Shown piece by piece: positions 46,988 through 56,231 of a DNA stretch of 64,000 bases. Source of the stretch: an uncultured Acidobacteriota bacterium (lineage in GTDB: Bacteria > Acidobacteriota > Vicinamibacteria > Vicinamibacterales > Fen-181); NCBI GenBank assembly GCA_963717945.1, contig CAVQXT010000007.1, forward strand, positions 236,064 through 300,063, given 5' to 3'. A program made the position numbers and the translations under genes. Each line of letters opens with the position of its first letter. Position 1 is the stretch's first letter. The notes under the pieces are model-generated. The model ran no database searches, was not told where the DNA came from, and was given only the letters and a program-made list of their open reading frames with translations.

Positions 46988-48655
46988 GTGACATCCTCGC
47001 GCTGCGCCGTTCGCTTCCTGCCCGAGGGCCGCGCCACGGAGGTCGAGGCCGGCGCCGAACTCTATCTCGCGGCCGCCGCCGCCGGCATTCTCCTCGAGCA
47101 GCCGTGCGGCTCGCGGGCGACGTGCGGGCGCTGCGGCGTCCGGGTGATCGAGGGGGCCGCGCCGCCGTCGGATGCCGAACGCGCGATCTTCACACCGGCC
47201 AAGCTCGGCGCCGGGTGGCGCCTCGGCTGCCAGCTCGTCCTCGACGCGGCGTCCGTCATCGAGGTCCCCGCGGTGACGCGGTCGCTGGCCGGCAAGTCGT
47301 TCGGGGACGACCTTCCGCCCGACGCCCTCGACCACCCGGTGGCTGCGGCGCCATCGGCGGACGGACGCCCTCGATTCGGCCTCGCCGTCGACGTCGGCAC
47401 GACGTCGCTGGCCGCGGCCCTCGTGTTGCTCTCCGACGGGTCGGTCGCCGCGTCGGCGTCGTCACTGAACCCGCAGGCGGCGTTCGGCGCGGACGTGATC
47501 TCGCGCATCCAACGCACGCTCGATTCGCCTGACGGCGTCGTGCACCTGCAGAACGCCGTCCGCGCAGGACTCGCCGCGCTGGTCGACGAGTTGAAGGCGG
47601 AGGCCGGCTGCGACGCGGGCCAGGTGGTCCTGGCGGCGGTGGCGGGAAACCCGACGATGATGCACTTGTGGCGGGGGGTGCCGGTGGCCAGCCTGGGCCG
47701 GGCGCCGTTTGCCGCCGCGTGGTCCGGCGTCCTGACGCTGACGGCGGAGAACACCGGCCTGCCGATCGAGCCCCGGGCCCCCGTACTCGTCTTCCCGCTG
47801 GTTCGCAGCCACGTGGGCGGCGACCTGGTCGCCGCGGCCGTGGCGTGCGGCATCGACCTGCCCTCAGAGACCGGCGGAGGACGCCCGCGTCTGCTCATCG
47901 ATCTTGGGACGAACACCGAACTGCTGCTCGCGTGCGACGGCCGGCTCATCACCACCTCGGCGGCCGCCGGGCCGGCGTTCGAGGGCGGATCGATTCGGCA
48001 CGGCATGCGGGGCGCGCCGGGCGCGATCGACGTCGTCTCGATCTCGGCGGGCGGCCGCGTGAGGACTCACGCGATCGGCGGCCTGCCCCCCCGGGGCATC
48101 TGCGGATCGGGCTTGATCGATGCCGTGGCCGACCTCTTGAGCACGGGCGTCGTGTCGGCCTCGGGCTACCTGCGGAAACCCGCGGAGGTGAGCGCCGGCG
48201 CCCTCGCCCAACGGCTGTCCCCGCTCGACGGCCAACAGGCGTTCACGCTGGTGGGTCCCGACGACACCGGCGGCGCCGGCCCGGTGACGATCACCGCCCG
48301 CGATATCCGCGAGGTGCAGCTCGCCAAGGGCTCGATCCTGGCCGCGGCCACTCTGCTGTGCCGGCACGCGGGCCTCGCCCCCGAGGATCTGGGCGAAGTG
48401 CTGATTGCCGGCGCGTTCGGGAACTACATCCGGAAGACGAGCGCCCTCAGGATCGGCCTGCTCCCGCCGATTGACCCCGAGCGCGTCCGGCTGGTCGGCA
48501 ACGCCGCCGGCGTCGGCGCGAGGCTCGCGCTGGTCGACGCCCGGGTCATCGAACGCGCGCGGGCGCTCTCCGCCCGCGCCGAGTACCTGGACCTGGCCGG
48601 CCACGCCGACTACCAGCCCGCCTTCATGGAGGCACTGGCATTCCCCGAACGCTGA
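46988..48655 (+). CDS. RACo/RamA-like corrinoid reductive activase (2Fe-2S ferredoxin domain plus ASKHA ATPase, DUF4445)
   Basis: The N-terminal plant-type ferredoxin Cys pattern is CGSRATCGRCGV. The ASKHA core is GLAVDVGTTS, IDLGTNTE. GTG start. Confidence 0.7.
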   Translation: MTSSRCAVRFLPEGRATEVEAGAELYLAAAAAGILLEQPCGSRATCGRCGVRVIEGAAPPSDAERAIFTPAKLGAGWRLGCQLVLDAASVIEVPAVTRSLAGKSFGDDLPPDALDHPVAAAPSADGRPRFGLAVDVGTTSLAAALVLLSDGSVAASASSLNPQAAFGADVISRIQRTLDSPDGVVHLQNAVRAGLAALVDELKAEAGCDAGQVVLAAVAGNPTMMHLWRGVPVASLGRAPFAAAWSGVLTLTAENTGLPIEPRAPVLVFPLVRSHVGGDLVAAAVACGIDLPSETGGGRPRLLIDLGTNTELLLACDGRLITTSAAAGPAFEGGSIRHGMRGAPGAIDVVSISAGGRVRTHAIGGLPPRGICGSGLIDAVADLLSTGVVSASGYLRKPAEVSAGALAQRLSPLDGQQAFTLVGPDDTGGAGPVTITARDIREVQLAKGSILAAATLLCRHAGLAPEDLGEVLIAGAFGNYIRKTSALRIGLLPPIDPERVRLVGNAAGVGARLALVDARVIERARALSARAEYLDLAGHADYQPAFMEALAFPER

Positions 48656-48667
48656 GAGGGCGCTACA

Positions 48668-49567
48668 ATGCCCGCCATGTTCGATCTTCCCGCGCTCGCC
48701 TCTTCCCGCACCGTGATCGTGGACGGCGCCATGGGCACCCAGCTGCAGCTCGCCGGCCTTGGCATCGGCGAGTGCGGCTCGGCGTGGAACCTGAGTCATC
48801 CCGACCGGCTGGCGGCGATCCACGCGGCCTACATCGAGGCCGGCTGCGACGCCGTCATCACCAATTCGTTCGGCGCCAACCGGTGGGTGCTCGACCGCTA
48901 CGACCTCGGCGGCCGCGTGGACGAGGTCAACCTGGAGGCGGCGCGCATCGCCCGGCGAGCGGCCGGTGACGCCATCGGCGTGCTCGGCGACATCGGCCCG
49001 TGCGGCGGCCTCCTGCCTCCGCTCGGCGCGATCGATCCCGGTGAACTGCTGGCCGAGTTCACCCGTCAGGCCCGCGCGCTGCTCGAGGGCGGCGCCGACG
49101 GGATCATCATCGAGACGATGAGCGCGGTCGAGGAGGTGACGATCGCCATCCGTGCGGCCAGGGCGGCCTCGGCGCCGTTTGTCATCGCTTCGCTGGCCTT
49201 CGACCACCTGCGAAACGGCTTGTTCCGGACGATGATGGGCGTCGCGCCGGAGAAGGCGGCGCAGGCGGCGCTCGACGCCGGCGCCGACATCGTCGGTGCC
49301 AACTGCGGCACCTCGATGACCACCGGCGACTTCGCGCGGGTGGCCGAGGCGATGCGTCGCGTGACCGATCGCCCAATCATCGTCCAGGCCAACGCCGGCA
49401 CGCCGGAACTGGTGGACGGCCGCGCCGTCTACCGCCTCGCGCCGGAAGCGCTGGCCGACGGGATGGCCGAGGTCGTGGCGGCGGGCGCCAACATCGTCGG
49501 CGGCTGCTGCGGCACGACGCCGGCGCACATCGCCGAGCTGGCGCGGCGGCTGAAGGCCGGCGCGTAG
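48668..49567 (+). CDS. Stand-alone homocysteine S-methyltransferase domain protein (MetH N-terminal module-like)
   Basis: Motifs are DGAMGTQL, ITNSFGAN, the zinc-ligand Cys in GANCG, and GGCCGTTPAHI. Confidence 0.8.
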   Translation: MPAMFDLPALASSRTVIVDGAMGTQLQLAGLGIGECGSAWNLSHPDRLAAIHAAYIEAGCDAVITNSFGANRWVLDRYDLGGRVDEVNLEAARIARRAAGDAIGVLGDIGPCGGLLPPLGAIDPGELLAEFTRQARALLEGGADGIIIETMSAVEEVTIAIRAARAASAPFVIASLAFDHLRNGLFRTMMGVAPEKAAQAALDAGADIVGANCGTSMTTGDFARVAEAMRRVTDRPIIVQANAGTPELVDGRAVYRLAPEALADGMAEVVAAGANIVGGCCGTTPAHIAELARRLKAGA

Positions 49568-49582
49568 TCCGCGTCCGGCAGC

Positions 49583-50083
49583 CTACGATCCCGGCGGCAG
49601 CATCGCCTGCACGCCGTACTTGTGCACGAGCAACCCGCCCTGGTGCGCGGCGTTGGCGAGCACGACGCCGCCGGCGAGCAGCAGCCCCAGGAAGATGGTG
49701 TTGGTGGCCATCACCCATCCGCGGGCCGACAGCTTCTTCACCAGGAATGGAAGACCGAGCAGGACCGCGTAGAGCGCCGTGAGGCCCGCGAAGAGGTCCC
49801 GGGCCGTCTCGGCCATCGACGCGTGGCGCTCGATGGCCGCGTTGATGGCGTCGGTCCTGGTGGCCAGCTCCGCGGCCGCTTCACCCGTCTCGACGGCCAC
49901 AAACGCCGCCGCCGTGCCGATCGCCAGCAGCAGGAGGGCCGAGAAGCCGAACATGCCGGCGTGCTTCGGCCGCACGACGGCCAGCGCGACGAACAGGGGA
50001 GCGATGAGCAACAGCGCGATCGGGAAGTGAATCACGAGCGGGTGGAGTCCGTCCCACCCCGGCCATGGCGGCAGCATGGACAC
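49583..50083 (-). CDS. DUF2231-like membrane protein
   Basis: LHPLVIHFPIALLLIAP and four TM helices. Confidence 0.65.
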   Translation of the reverse strand: MSMLPPWPGWDGLHPLVIHFPIALLLIAPLFVALAVVRPKHAGMFGFSALLLLAIGTAAAFVAVETGEAAAELATRTDAINAAIERHASMAETARDLFAGLTALYAVLLGLPFLVKKLSARGWVMATNTIFLGLLLAGGVVLANAAHQGGLLVHKYGVQAMLPPGS

Positions 50084-50139
50084 GTCCTTTCGGAGAGGAG
50101 GAGCCGGGCCCGGCGGCCCGGCCCCCGAAGGTCACCGCG

Positions 50140-50751
50140 CTAGACGATCTTGATGAACTGCTTGCCCGGCGTGAAGCACACGGGGCACTTCTCGAACGTC
50201 ACCGTCGTGACCGTGTTGCCGCACTGCGGGCACACGTAGAACGTTTTCGCCTGTTTCCAGGCCTGGAGATTGGCAGCCGCCTCGCCGTACAGTTTCGCGT
50301 GCTGGGTCTCGGCCGCGATCGCGAAGTTGAAGGCGCGCAGCGCGTCCTTGTTCCCCGACGCCTTCGCCTCGGCGATGAACTCGGGGTACATCTTGTCGCG
50401 CTCGTAGGTTTCCCCCTCGACGGCGGCCTTCAAGTTGTCGGCGGTCGTCTTGATCTCGGGCAGCTTGATGTCGGCCTTCGGCGTGCCGCCGAGCGTCTTG
50501 ATGACCTCGGCGTGGCGGGTGGCGTGCACCTCCTCGGCCCTGGCCGCCGCGCGGAACAGCGACGCGACGCCCGCGAACCCTTCCTGGTCGGCCTTCTTCG
50601 CGAACTCGGTGTACTTGGCCCTGGCGTTGGACTCGCCGTTGTAGGCGGCCATCAGGTTGTCCAGCGTCTTCGACGGCGCGGCCAGGGCGCTGCCGGACGC
50701 GACGACCACGAGCACGAGCGCAGCGATCATGACGGTGAGCGTTCTGAACAT
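50140..50751 (-). CDS. Rubrerythrin (diiron four-helix bundle plus C-terminal rubredoxin-like CxxC...CxxC) with an N-terminal signal peptide or anchor
   Basis: The diiron ligands are E...EEVH...E...ETQH. The C-terminal Cys pairs are CPQCG and CPVC. The N-terminus is MFRTLTVMIAALVLVVVASGSALA-AP. Confidence 0.85.
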   Translation of the reverse strand: MFRTLTVMIAALVLVVVASGSALAAPSKTLDNLMAAYNGESNARAKYTEFAKKADQEGFAGVASLFRAAARAEEVHATRHAEVIKTLGGTPKADIKLPEIKTTADNLKAAVEGETYERDKMYPEFIAEAKASGNKDALRAFNFAIAAETQHAKLYGEAAANLQAWKQAKTFYVCPQCGNTVTTVTFEKCPVCFTPGKQFIKIV

Positions 50752-51295
50752 CGGGCCTCCTCACAGAAGTAAAGGAACACGGACCCTGACGGGGCGTCAG
50801 CGCCGGAATGGAGCGGCCACGCTCCGGGCAGGAACATGATAAACCACTCAAATTCGGATAAAGAGACTCCGAAAGGCGTACAAAGGTGACAACTCCGGAC
50901 GCGGAAAGGCAAGACGACAGCGGAGCAGGGAGCGGCTTGGCGAGAGCGCCGAAAACGGAAACGTCACGTTCGCCATCCGGACCCAGTGACTGCGGGCCCC
51001 CATCCGCAGGCAACCAAGTGACGAACGGCGAGACGTGACAATCACCGATAACGCAAGGCGAATGCCACTACCCGGCTCTGCGGATTCCTGCTGCATTTCT
51101 CACCATCGCCGAGCTTCCGCGCGTCGAATAGCCGGAGGTCCGGCAGGAGTCTGTCGGCGGGTGACGGAATTCCGGCGCTCGTGCGCCAATAAGACGACAG
51201 TCCGTGGTGACCCATGCCTCGACGCCGAATGTGTGGCATTGTAGGGGCAGCAGTTCGGGTCGGTTCGGTCACGGTCTTCTGGAGCGCGACACGTG

Positions 51296-52534
51296 ATGCA
51301 GGCGGGCGTCGTCCGACGTCGGTGGGGCTGGGCGGGGCTGGTGTTCGTCCTGGCCGCCGGCTCTCTGCTGGCTGCGGGCCAGGGGGCGCGTCGGCGGTCG
51401 CCGAACTACCCGGCGTCATACCCGGAACTCGGCATCACGCTCATCGATGAATGGGTGACGGACCTCGACGTGTCACGCGGCGGTACGTCGCTCGCCTACT
51501 CCCGCCACGATCCCCGCGACTGGTATGTGGACATCTGGACCAGCGGGCGGTCCGGCAGGAACCGCCGGTGCATGACATGCGAGCTGACCGAGCCGGCGAA
51601 GCACCGCGGGGGCGCGGGCTGGCACCCGTCGGGCCGGTTCCTGGCCTTCTCGGCAGAGAACGACGATGTGCGGACGAGGAAAGGGGACCGGCTGGCCGAG
51701 CCCGAGGTCGGCCTGAACACCAATCTCTGGGTGATGTCCGACGACGGGGCCAAGGCGTGGCGGCTGACCGACTACAAGACCGACTATGCGAGCCCCCGGG
51801 GCGTCCTCTTCCCTCGCTTCTCGCCGGACGGGAAGCATCTCGCGTGGTCGGGGCCGGTCGATTACGCGAAGACCGGGGCCGGGCGCGAGTGGGGCGAGTG
51901 GGCCATCTACATGGCCGACTTCGACGTCCAGTCCGGAGCGCCGGCGATCAGGAACATCCGAACGCTGCAACCGGGCGACCAGCACGGCTACTACCAGCTC
52001 GACGATTGGTCGTCCGACGGCCGCCGCCTTCTCATCAGCGCGAATCCCAACCCCGGGCAACCGGTGACCGGGCTCGACATCTGCGAGCTGGACCTGGTGT
52101 CTGGCGCGTTCCGGAACCTGACGCGCACGCCCCGCGAGTGGGATCAGTTCGCGCACTACTCGCCCGACGGCCGGCACGTCATCTGGGCCTCGTCGCGCGG
52201 TCTCGCGGTGCGCTTCAGGTCGCTGGACGGCGTGAATTGGCGCAGGGACATCAAGACCGAGCTGTGGATGATGAACCGTGACGGCGCGGGCGTGAGGCGG
52301 CTGACCTTCTTCAACGAAGCCGGCTGGCAGGATTACGCGTGGTTCCGCGCGCAGGTGGCCGGCACCGCGGGAGTCTACGTCGCCGACAACGCGTATCTCG
52401 GCGACGCGTCGCACGTCGCCGTCGTGCTCGCCTACGACACGCCCCAGGGGCTGTTCGGCGGCGTGCTGGCCGTGCTGGATCTCGACCGCCGCCGGCCGAT
52501 GACCGACCTCCCAGTCCCGGCATCCGGCCGCTGA
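51296..52534 (+). CDS. Secreted PD40/TolB-like beta-propeller repeat protein
   Basis: It has a signal peptide and repeated motifs (WHPSGRFLAFS, FSPDGKHLAWS, YSPDGRHVIWAS). Confidence 0.75.
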   Translation: MQAGVVRRRWGWAGLVFVLAAGSLLAAGQGARRRSPNYPASYPELGITLIDEWVTDLDVSRGGTSLAYSRHDPRDWYVDIWTSGRSGRNRRCMTCELTEPAKHRGGAGWHPSGRFLAFSAENDDVRTRKGDRLAEPEVGLNTNLWVMSDDGAKAWRLTDYKTDYASPRGVLFPRFSPDGKHLAWSGPVDYAKTGAGREWGEWAIYMADFDVQSGAPAIRNIRTLQPGDQHGYYQLDDWSSDGRRLLISANPNPGQPVTGLDICELDLVSGAFRNLTRTPREWDQFAHYSPDGRHVIWASSRGLAVRFRSLDGVNWRRDIKTELWMMNRDGAGVRRLTFFNEAGWQDYAWFRAQVAGTAGVYVADNAYLGDASHVAVVLAYDTPQGLFGGVLAVLDLDRRRPMTDLPVPASGR

Positions 52535-52552
52535 CCGCCGCACGTCCTCCGC

Positions 52553-54391
52553 TCAGTCATCGAGCCCAACGCTCCGCAGCAGCTTCAGCGCGTTCCGCGA
52601 GGTCGCGATGCCGGGCTGCAGCCGGTAATCGAACACGAGGCGCACGCCCTCGCCGTCCTGCTCCACTCCCTCGGCGAAGTGCACCGGGTGGCAAGCGGCC
52701 GCGAGCTCGTCGCATGCGGCGAGTTCCAGATCGTGCGTGGTCACGACGCCGATGGTCGGCAGGTCGAGCAAGTGGCGCAGCACGCGGCGCACGGCGACCT
52801 GGCGCTCGGCGGTGTTGGTGCCCTGCAGCACCTCGTCGAGCAGGTACAGCACGCGAGGCCCGCCGTCGCGCGCCGATTTCGCGGTCGTGACCACCAGCTT
52901 GAGGCGCTCGAGCGCCGCCATGAAGTACGACACGCCGGCCTCGAGCGAGTCCTGGACGCGGATGCTCGTGCACGGGCGCAGCGGAGGCATCCTCAGGCGG
53001 TCGGCGCACACGGGGCCGCCGGCCTGCGCGAGCACGACGTTGATGCCGATGGCCCGCAGCAGCGTGCTCTTGCCGGACATGTTCGACCCGGTGACCATCA
53101 GGAAGCCCCCGGGCGGGCCGACCGTCACGTCGTTCGCCACGCGGCGGTCGGCGGCGATCAGGGGATGGCCGAGTTGGCGCGCCTCGAGGACGGCCGACGA
53201 CTCGTCGATCTCGGGGAACGCCCAGGACGGGTTGTCGTGCCTGAGCGAGGCGAGCGCCGCGAGCGCGTCGAACTGCCCGAGCGCGGCGTACCACTGGCGG
53301 AGATGCGGCCCCGCCCGCTTCTGCCACCGCTCGAGCGCGGCGAGCACGTGGAAGTCCCACAGCGTGACGAGCGCGACCACGGGGTGGAAGATGGCGACCC
53401 GCCTGAAGTCGGCCATCTGCTCGATCCGCGACAACCTCGTCATCTCGCGCGCGGCCGTCGTGCCCGACGCCCGCAGCTCCTCCTGCAGGCGCCGCAGGAG
53501 CGGCGACGAACAGGGCATGCCCGCCATCTGCGCAAACAGCGCGGCGTGGTGACGGACCAGGCCGAACCTCGAGAACACGCGCGCGAAAGTCTGCGCAATT
53601 CGCTTGCCGAACGCGGCCATCATCAGTGCCGACAGGCCCGCCGGCCAGAGCCAGAGCCATCGGTCGATGAGACCGCCGATCTGCACGGCGAGGAGCCCGA
53701 CGATCGTCCCTGCCAGCAGGCGTACCGCCCACATGGCGGCGCGCCGCCGCGTGAACCACGGACCCTTCTCGGCCCAGGCGAACAGGTCGTCGAGCGCCTC
53801 GCGTGCCGGTTCGATGAGGCGCCCCAGCGCGGCGAACGTCTCCCGGCCCTCCTCGAGTCGCGCCAGTTCGTCCACCGCCTCCTGGCGGCCGCGGACCACG
53901 TCCGGGGTCGCGCCCTCGGCGAGCCAGGCGGCGAGCGTGGCCCGCCCCGCGTCGGTGCCGGCGCACCCGAGCAACTGGTACACCGACGCGTGGCCGAACA
54001 CGTCGAGATCGTCGGCATACGGGTGCGTCGGGCCCGGCCCGGCGGTCGGCGACGGCGGGAGCGCGTTCCAGTCTCGCGAGACGCGCGCGGCGGCGTCGGC
54101 GTTCACCTGCGCGAGGGCGGCCGCCCACCGTTCGCGCCACTCGATTCGGGCGTGCCAGGCGATCAGGACGAAGAAGAGGACGAAGCCCGCGACCCCGGCG
54201 CCGATCCGAGCCGCCGTGTGCGACACCGGTCCGGGGAAGACGGACAGGACGCTGGCCGCGGCGGCCAGGAACACGACCAGGCGCGCGTACGACAGGGAAC
54301 GGGACTGGCGCGCGATCGCCGCCCGCTCGGCCGTGTACCGGTTCGTTGCGTCGCGATACCTGGCGGCCTGGCTGTTGTCGGGTTCGGACAT
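52553..54391 (-). CDS. Membrane-anchored MutS-related protein (MutS domain V ATPase only; no mismatch-binding domain recognised)
   Basis: N-terminal TM helices are present. The Walker A is VTGSNMSGKSTLLR, with a TNTAER-type motif and Walker B LYLLDEVLQGT. The start at 54391 is chosen within ORF 52553..55534. Confidence 0.75.
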   Translation of the reverse strand: MSEPDNSQAARYRDATNRYTAERAAIARQSRSLSYARLVVFLAAAASVLSVFPGPVSHTAARIGAGVAGFVLFFVLIAWHARIEWRERWAAALAQVNADAAARVSRDWNALPPSPTAGPGPTHPYADDLDVFGHASVYQLLGCAGTDAGRATLAAWLAEGATPDVVRGRQEAVDELARLEEGRETFAALGRLIEPAREALDDLFAWAEKGPWFTRRRAAMWAVRLLAGTIVGLLAVQIGGLIDRWLWLWPAGLSALMMAAFGKRIAQTFARVFSRFGLVRHHAALFAQMAGMPCSSPLLRRLQEELRASGTTAAREMTRLSRIEQMADFRRVAIFHPVVALVTLWDFHVLAALERWQKRAGPHLRQWYAALGQFDALAALASLRHDNPSWAFPEIDESSAVLEARQLGHPLIAADRRVANDVTVGPPGGFLMVTGSNMSGKSTLLRAIGINVVLAQAGGPVCADRLRMPPLRPCTSIRVQDSLEAGVSYFMAALERLKLVVTTAKSARDGGPRVLYLLDEVLQGTNTAERQVAVRRVLRHLLDLPTIGVVTTHDLELAACDELAAACHPVHFAEGVEQDGEGVRLVFDYRLQPGIATSRNALKLLRSVGLDD

Positions 54392-54454
54392 CGTGTTCCT
54401 GTCGTCGGATCGAATGGCCCGGAGCCGTCTCGGCGTGCCGGCGCGCGTGGTCGG

Positions 54455-54460
54455 TATAAT
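54455..54460 (+). promoter_or_regulatory. Perfect TATAAT -10 box upstream of the first VirJ-like gene
   Basis: The consensus hexamer lies 73 nt upstream of the ATG at 54533. Confidence 0.3.
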
Positions 54461-54532
54461 AAAGCACTGCGTCCGACGCGTCGGGCAATTACGGTCTGCC
54501 CGATCGACTGGCGGCGCTCCGGTAGGAGGCCG

Positions 54533-55378
54533 ATGCGCACTCTCTTGCCGCTTGTCAGCGTCCTCGTGTCCCTGGCCGCGGGCGGGTGCGTGCCGCGGCT
54601 GACCGTGCGCTCGCCCCAGAAGCCGGTCGAGTTCGTGCGGACCATGACACTCTACGACCATCCGCTGGAGCTGCACCTCGCGCGGCCCGCCCAGCTGCAG
54701 CCGGGCACGCCGCTGCTGTTCTACGCGACCGGCGATGGCGGCTGGCGGGGCAAGGACCTCGACACGTTCCGCCACTTGATCCGGTGGGGCTACCCGGTGG
54801 CCGGGTTCAGCGCCCCGAGCTACCTGAGCCACCTCGGCTTCGTCTCGGGGACGACGACGCCCGCGCGCCTCGCGAGGGATTACCAGCGCCTGATCGAATT
54901 CGCCAAGCAGACGTTGAATCTGCCGGCGTCGACGCGCACGGTGCTCGTCGGCGTTTCGCGGGGCGCCGGCCTGGCTGTCGTCGCGGCCGGCCGGCGCGAG
55001 CTCAACGTCGAACTCGCCGGCGTGCTGGCAGTCGCGCTCACCGGCGAAGAGGAGTACGTCCGGCACTACCGCGTGAAGCCTGGCCTCACGCCGGCCGACA
55101 TGCCCACACGGGAACGGGTCGAGTTCCGGACCTACGAATACCTGGACCGGCTGCGGGCCGTGCCGCTGGTCGTCATCCAGTCCACCGGCGACAATTACCT
55201 GCCCGCGACGGCCGCGCGCAAGCTGTTCGGGCCCGACACCGACCTGCGGCGGTTCGTGTCGATCCAGGCGCGGGACCACAGTTTCGACGGGGGGCGCGAG
55301 GCGCTTTTCGCCGCGATGGCCGACGCCCTCACGTGGATGTCCACCAGGCCGCCGTCGCCGGCCACGCCGCTGAAGTGA
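54533..55378 (+). CDS. AcvB/VirJ-like alpha/beta hydrolase lipoprotein
   Basis: The AGGAGG RBS is present. The lipobox is LAAGGC. FYATGDGGWRGKDLD resembles the VirJ GDGGWRD motif. The nucleophile elbow is GVSRGAG. Confidence 0.6.
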   Translation: MRTLLPLVSVLVSLAAGGCVPRLTVRSPQKPVEFVRTMTLYDHPLELHLARPAQLQPGTPLLFYATGDGGWRGKDLDTFRHLIRWGYPVAGFSAPSYLSHLGFVSGTTTPARLARDYQRLIEFAKQTLNLPASTRTVLVGVSRGAGLAVVAAGRRELNVELAGVLAVALTGEEEYVRHYRVKPGLTPADMPTRERVEFRTYEYLDRLRAVPLVVIQSTGDNYLPATAARKLFGPDTDLRRFVSIQARDHSFDGGREALFAAMADALTWMSTRPPSPATPLK

Positions 55379-55394
55379 TTCATCAGGACCAGTC

Positions 55395-56207
55395 ATGATC
55401 AACTCCTCCGTCTTCGCCTTCCGCCGTCGCGTGCTCGTGGCCGCGGCCCTGGTGTGCGCCGCAGCGGGCGTCGCGCACGCCACGCCCGGCCAGCAGTTCG
55501 ACTTCACCGTGCGCGGCAAGACGCTCACCGTCACCGTCTACCGACCGGCACAGGCGCAGCCGCTCGGGACAATCTTCATGGGCAGCGGGGACGTCGGGTG
55601 GGTGGGCCTCGCGGTCGACCTGTCGCAGTTCCTGTCGGACAAGGGGTACACCGTCGTCGGCATCAACGTCCGGCAATACCTCAGCGCGTTCACGAGCGGC
55701 AAGGCGACGCTGACGACCAAGGATCCGCCCGGGGACTACGGCAGCCTCTTCCGCTTCCTGACGGAGAAGAAGCTGCTCACACCGCCGATCGTTCTCTCGG
55801 GCGTGTCGGAAGGCGCGGCGCTGGCGGTGCTGGCCGGGGCCGGGGAGCAGAACCGCTCCTGGGTGAACGGCGTCATGACGATGGGGCTGCCGCCGTCGGC
55901 GGAATTGGGCTGGCGGTGGACCGATTTCACGAGCTGGATCACGAAGAAGGACTCCAACGAGCCGATGTTTGCGCCGAAGGAGTTCGTGCCGGCCATCGCG
56001 CCGGTGCCGCTGTGCATGCTGCAGTCGAAGGTCGACGAATACGTGACGCCGGCCGACTACAAGTTGTTCGAGAGCATCGCCCGCGAGCCGAAGAAGTTCG
56101 TGCTCATCGACGCGAGCAACCACCGCTTCACCGATCGCCGGTCGGAGCTGCAGACCGAGGTCATCGGCTGCCTCGCCTGGATGCGGGAGCACCAGCCGCC
56201 GATGTGA
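55395..56207 (+). CDS. AcvB/VirJ-like alpha/beta hydrolase, secreted paralog
   Basis: It has a signal peptide, FMGSGDVGWVGLAVD and GVSEGAA. The architecture matches the upstream gene. Confidence 0.55.
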   Translation: MINSSVFAFRRRVLVAAALVCAAAGVAHATPGQQFDFTVRGKTLTVTVYRPAQAQPLGTIFMGSGDVGWVGLAVDLSQFLSDKGYTVVGINVRQYLSAFTSGKATLTTKDPPGDYGSLFRFLTEKKLLTPPIVLSGVSEGAALAVLAGAGEQNRSWVNGVMTMGLPPSAELGWRWTDFTSWITKKDSNEPMFAPKEFVPAIAPVPLCMLQSKVDEYVTPADYKLFESIAREPKKFVLIDASNHRFTDRRSELQTEVIGCLAWMREHQPPM

Positions 56208-56231
56208 CGCGCGGCGGCGGCCGGCCGCCGG

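Noticed and set aside
50727-50912. A 61-aa ORF within the long non-coding spacer
   Set aside because: It has no RBS, an atypical composition, and overlaps the rubrerythrin start. It is likely spurious.
54392-55534. The upstream 380 codons of the 993-aa minus-strand ORF 52553..55534
   Set aside because: This region is antisense to the well-supported VirJ-like gene on the plus strand and is Arg/Pro/Gly-rich. The MutS-like protein has a sensible start with TM helices at 54391.
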